64,000 nt of DNA from assembly GCA_030264375.1 (NCBI GenBank), contig JASCQW010000081.1:29552504-29616503 (forward strand), in the 5' to 3' direction. Numbering within the stretch: the first letter of the stretch is position 1; every line of letters starts with the position of its first letter. The notes beneath the pieces are model-generated. The model saw only the letters and a list, made by a program, of their open reading frames with translations, did not search any database and was not told the DNA's origin. The translations under genes and the position numbers were made by a program. Below, one piece after another: positions 62,039 to 64,000 of this stretch. This DNA is from Carcharhinus longimanus. Its lineage: Eukaryota.

Positions 62039-62178
62039 ATGTGGGTGTGCCGGCGTTGTTTACGCCAGTCCAACGCCGGCATACCCACATCATGACTACT
62101 ATCGACACCGCAAACTGCCGGATCCAAGTGGAGAGGATCTCCAAGAAGATTGCGCATATCGACACAGACATCAAGTTT
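62039..62178 (+). mobile_element. 140-bp Penelope-like mini-insertion with hairpin, ORF start and 13-bp TSD, nested in a LINE tail (62005-62265, -)
   Basis: TSD tatcagtgacaag (62026-62038 and 62179-62191). Inverted arms at 62039-62058 and 62071-62090. ATG at 62092 opens MTTIDTANCRIQVERISKKIAHIDTDIKF up to the TSD. Confidence 0.85.
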
Positions 62179-62279
62179 TATCAGTGACAAGGCCAGCATT
62201 TATTGCCCATCGCTAATTGTCCTTGAAAAGATAGTGATGAGCTGCCTTGAATCGCTGCAATCCATGGGCTGGCTGTGAT

Positions 62280-62900
62280 CCTAGCGGTTGCCCTGCAGCA
62301 ACTTAACACTGGGAACAGCTTTAATTGCTTTAAGGTGATACTTCCACCCATATCTAAGTAGGAAGTCACATCTCAGATAACTGACAGCCAATTGGATGGC
62401 AGGCAGCTCAGTCGACCCAACAGCAAGCCAGGAGTGGTGGCCACTGCTGGGAATACAGATAGTCCCACCATATGGAGGAACCCAGGTAACTCTAGGGTTG
62501 AGCGTCTTGGTGAAGGATGTCGGGTGCTGGGTTCAAGAGGTGAGGGGGAGCATTAAAGAATGAATGACCTTTGTCGGAATGGTGTACCCGGTGAGCCTCG
62601 GGGAATCCAAAGGCGATTTCTCCTTTCTTGCCCAAAAGCAGCATCCTGTGCAGCAAAAGCAGCTGGGTTTCGCTCATGACATGGGTTAAGCCAGTCAGGT
62701 AAAATAATGGCAATGGTGGGAGGAAGGCATTAATTGGCTAGTCAAGTGCCCCAGTAGGCCCAAAGATAGGTGGGTTATCCGAGGCCTCCTCTGCTCCCTG
62801 TAAAATTTCAGGTTGCAGAACAGAAGTAGGAGGCAAGAACGCCGCAATCCGCTGGATTTTGTGGCCACACCCTGCTGGCGCAGGATGTAAGGTCCAGCCC
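62280..62900. mobile_element. GC-richer TIR-type non-autonomous element, partial
   Basis: Ends ...tgtaaggtccagccc, a TIR-like end, and has a composition unlike the AT-rich flanks. Confidence 0.4.
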
Positions 62901-64000
62901 TTTATTACAAATTCATCAATCAATGAAACTTATTTTCCCCTTTTCATTGTATAATCTTTTCATCATGGAATATATTTTATTTTCAAAGAAATGGTTTATT
63001 ATTAAGTTGGAGTTAATGATCCTTGGCATCCTAATTTTGTGATCTGCCAATATGCTTCAACAAATGTAACTTGGACACGTCACAAAGGCACAGAGTAATG
63101 GCTCATTTTGTATCCCTCCGTTACTCAGAAGATAGATCTATATGCTCCTGTTGCTGTAATGCAGGTCTGTTTCCATGAAGTCTTAAATCTAAACATTTCA
63201 TAGATTTCCATTTCAGCTGCATTTTTGATTCTGTAGTCATTATGTCACATTTACAGTGTCCGTCCTTAATAAAAGAGGGACAATTCATTTCGGTCTGATA
63301 CTCTGTTGCTCATGTTGACCTTAATGATGAGTTCTCTACACTAACATGGCAAATCGGATAAGCTGATTACCTACAATAGTAAAATTGACTTGGGTCAAGA
63401 TTTAATGAAATCTTTGTCAATCCAAGAATATATTTGCATTGAATTTTGCAAAAACCCCTTTACCGTGTAAATAAATAGAACTATTCACTGCGCTGTAAGT
63501 TCTATGTTCTATGTTCTATTCATGTAGTGAGCCAACCAATTCTTGTAGTATTGGGAAGCAATAACATGCAGTAAATGTGTCTACAGGCATGACTATATTT
63601 CAAAAATAGGTAATTATAAATGATTTGGATTTTCCTAAGTGGCATAATGAGATGTGATATAAATGTAACTTTCTTTAATTTGTTCCTCACTACTGATGTT
63701 AGTTGTTATTTTACAAGGAGTTTTGAACTGAAGATATAATCAAACAGGAAGAATGGGATAACGTGAAATTACAGTCTATTTGTCCATTCTTTCCGAAGAC
63801 AACTTTCACACTGTTCATAATGGCACTGCTTAAGGCCTGGCAGATTGACCACTCTCAGCCAAAGAATGCTGTGTTGCACATAGATAAACTTCAGGAGCAG
63901 AAGACAAGAGGATGTGAAATAACTCATAATATATCTTGTTTCTTGCCTATCTTATGTTAATCACAGTTATTGTAATGCTTTGACCTTATCTATAATACAA

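Noticed and set aside
1-64000. CRISPR arrays, operons or other prokaryotic systems
   Set aside because: The sequence is vertebrate intronic DNA; recurring short motifs are dispersed TE ends with no regular repeat-spacer structure.

Overview
This is eukaryotic, AT-rich, repeat-dense vertebrate DNA from a cartilaginous fish: HE1-type tRNA SINEs and HER1/CR1 LINEs point to a shark, with a carcharhiniform only inferred. It comes from a gapped short-read assembly. The only host coding sequence I can support is one 100-nt internal exon on the + strand (30063-30162, AYSFAMGKYPKTGLPLMIEGLNLQHIGKLHSGI). It matches the penultimate coding exon of the DEDDh exoribonuclease ERI3. I did not find the neighbouring exons, so the rest of the window appears to be two large ERI3 introns. 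These are filled with CR1/HER1, L2/CR1-like and Rex1-like LINE fragments, HE1 and Deu-domain SINEs, TIR-bearing non-autonomous DNA elements and two families of Penelope-like element (PLE) remnants. Between the repeats lie several unique, TF-motif-rich islands that look like conserved non-coding enhancers. The most notable items are: a hammerhead ribozyme with an intact core in the sense orientation of the pre-mRNA (1672-1710); three tiny young hairpin-shaped PLE insertions with 12-13 bp target-site duplications (one carrying the start of the element's ORF); a 50-bp inverted duplication at a SINE 5' end; and a 13-bp inverted TGACAG pair in a putative enhancer. Nearly all ORFs in the supplied track are TE remnants or spurious. 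Repeat boundaries are approximate and family names come from recognised sequence motifs, not database searches. I see no convincing wholly new multi-gene system.
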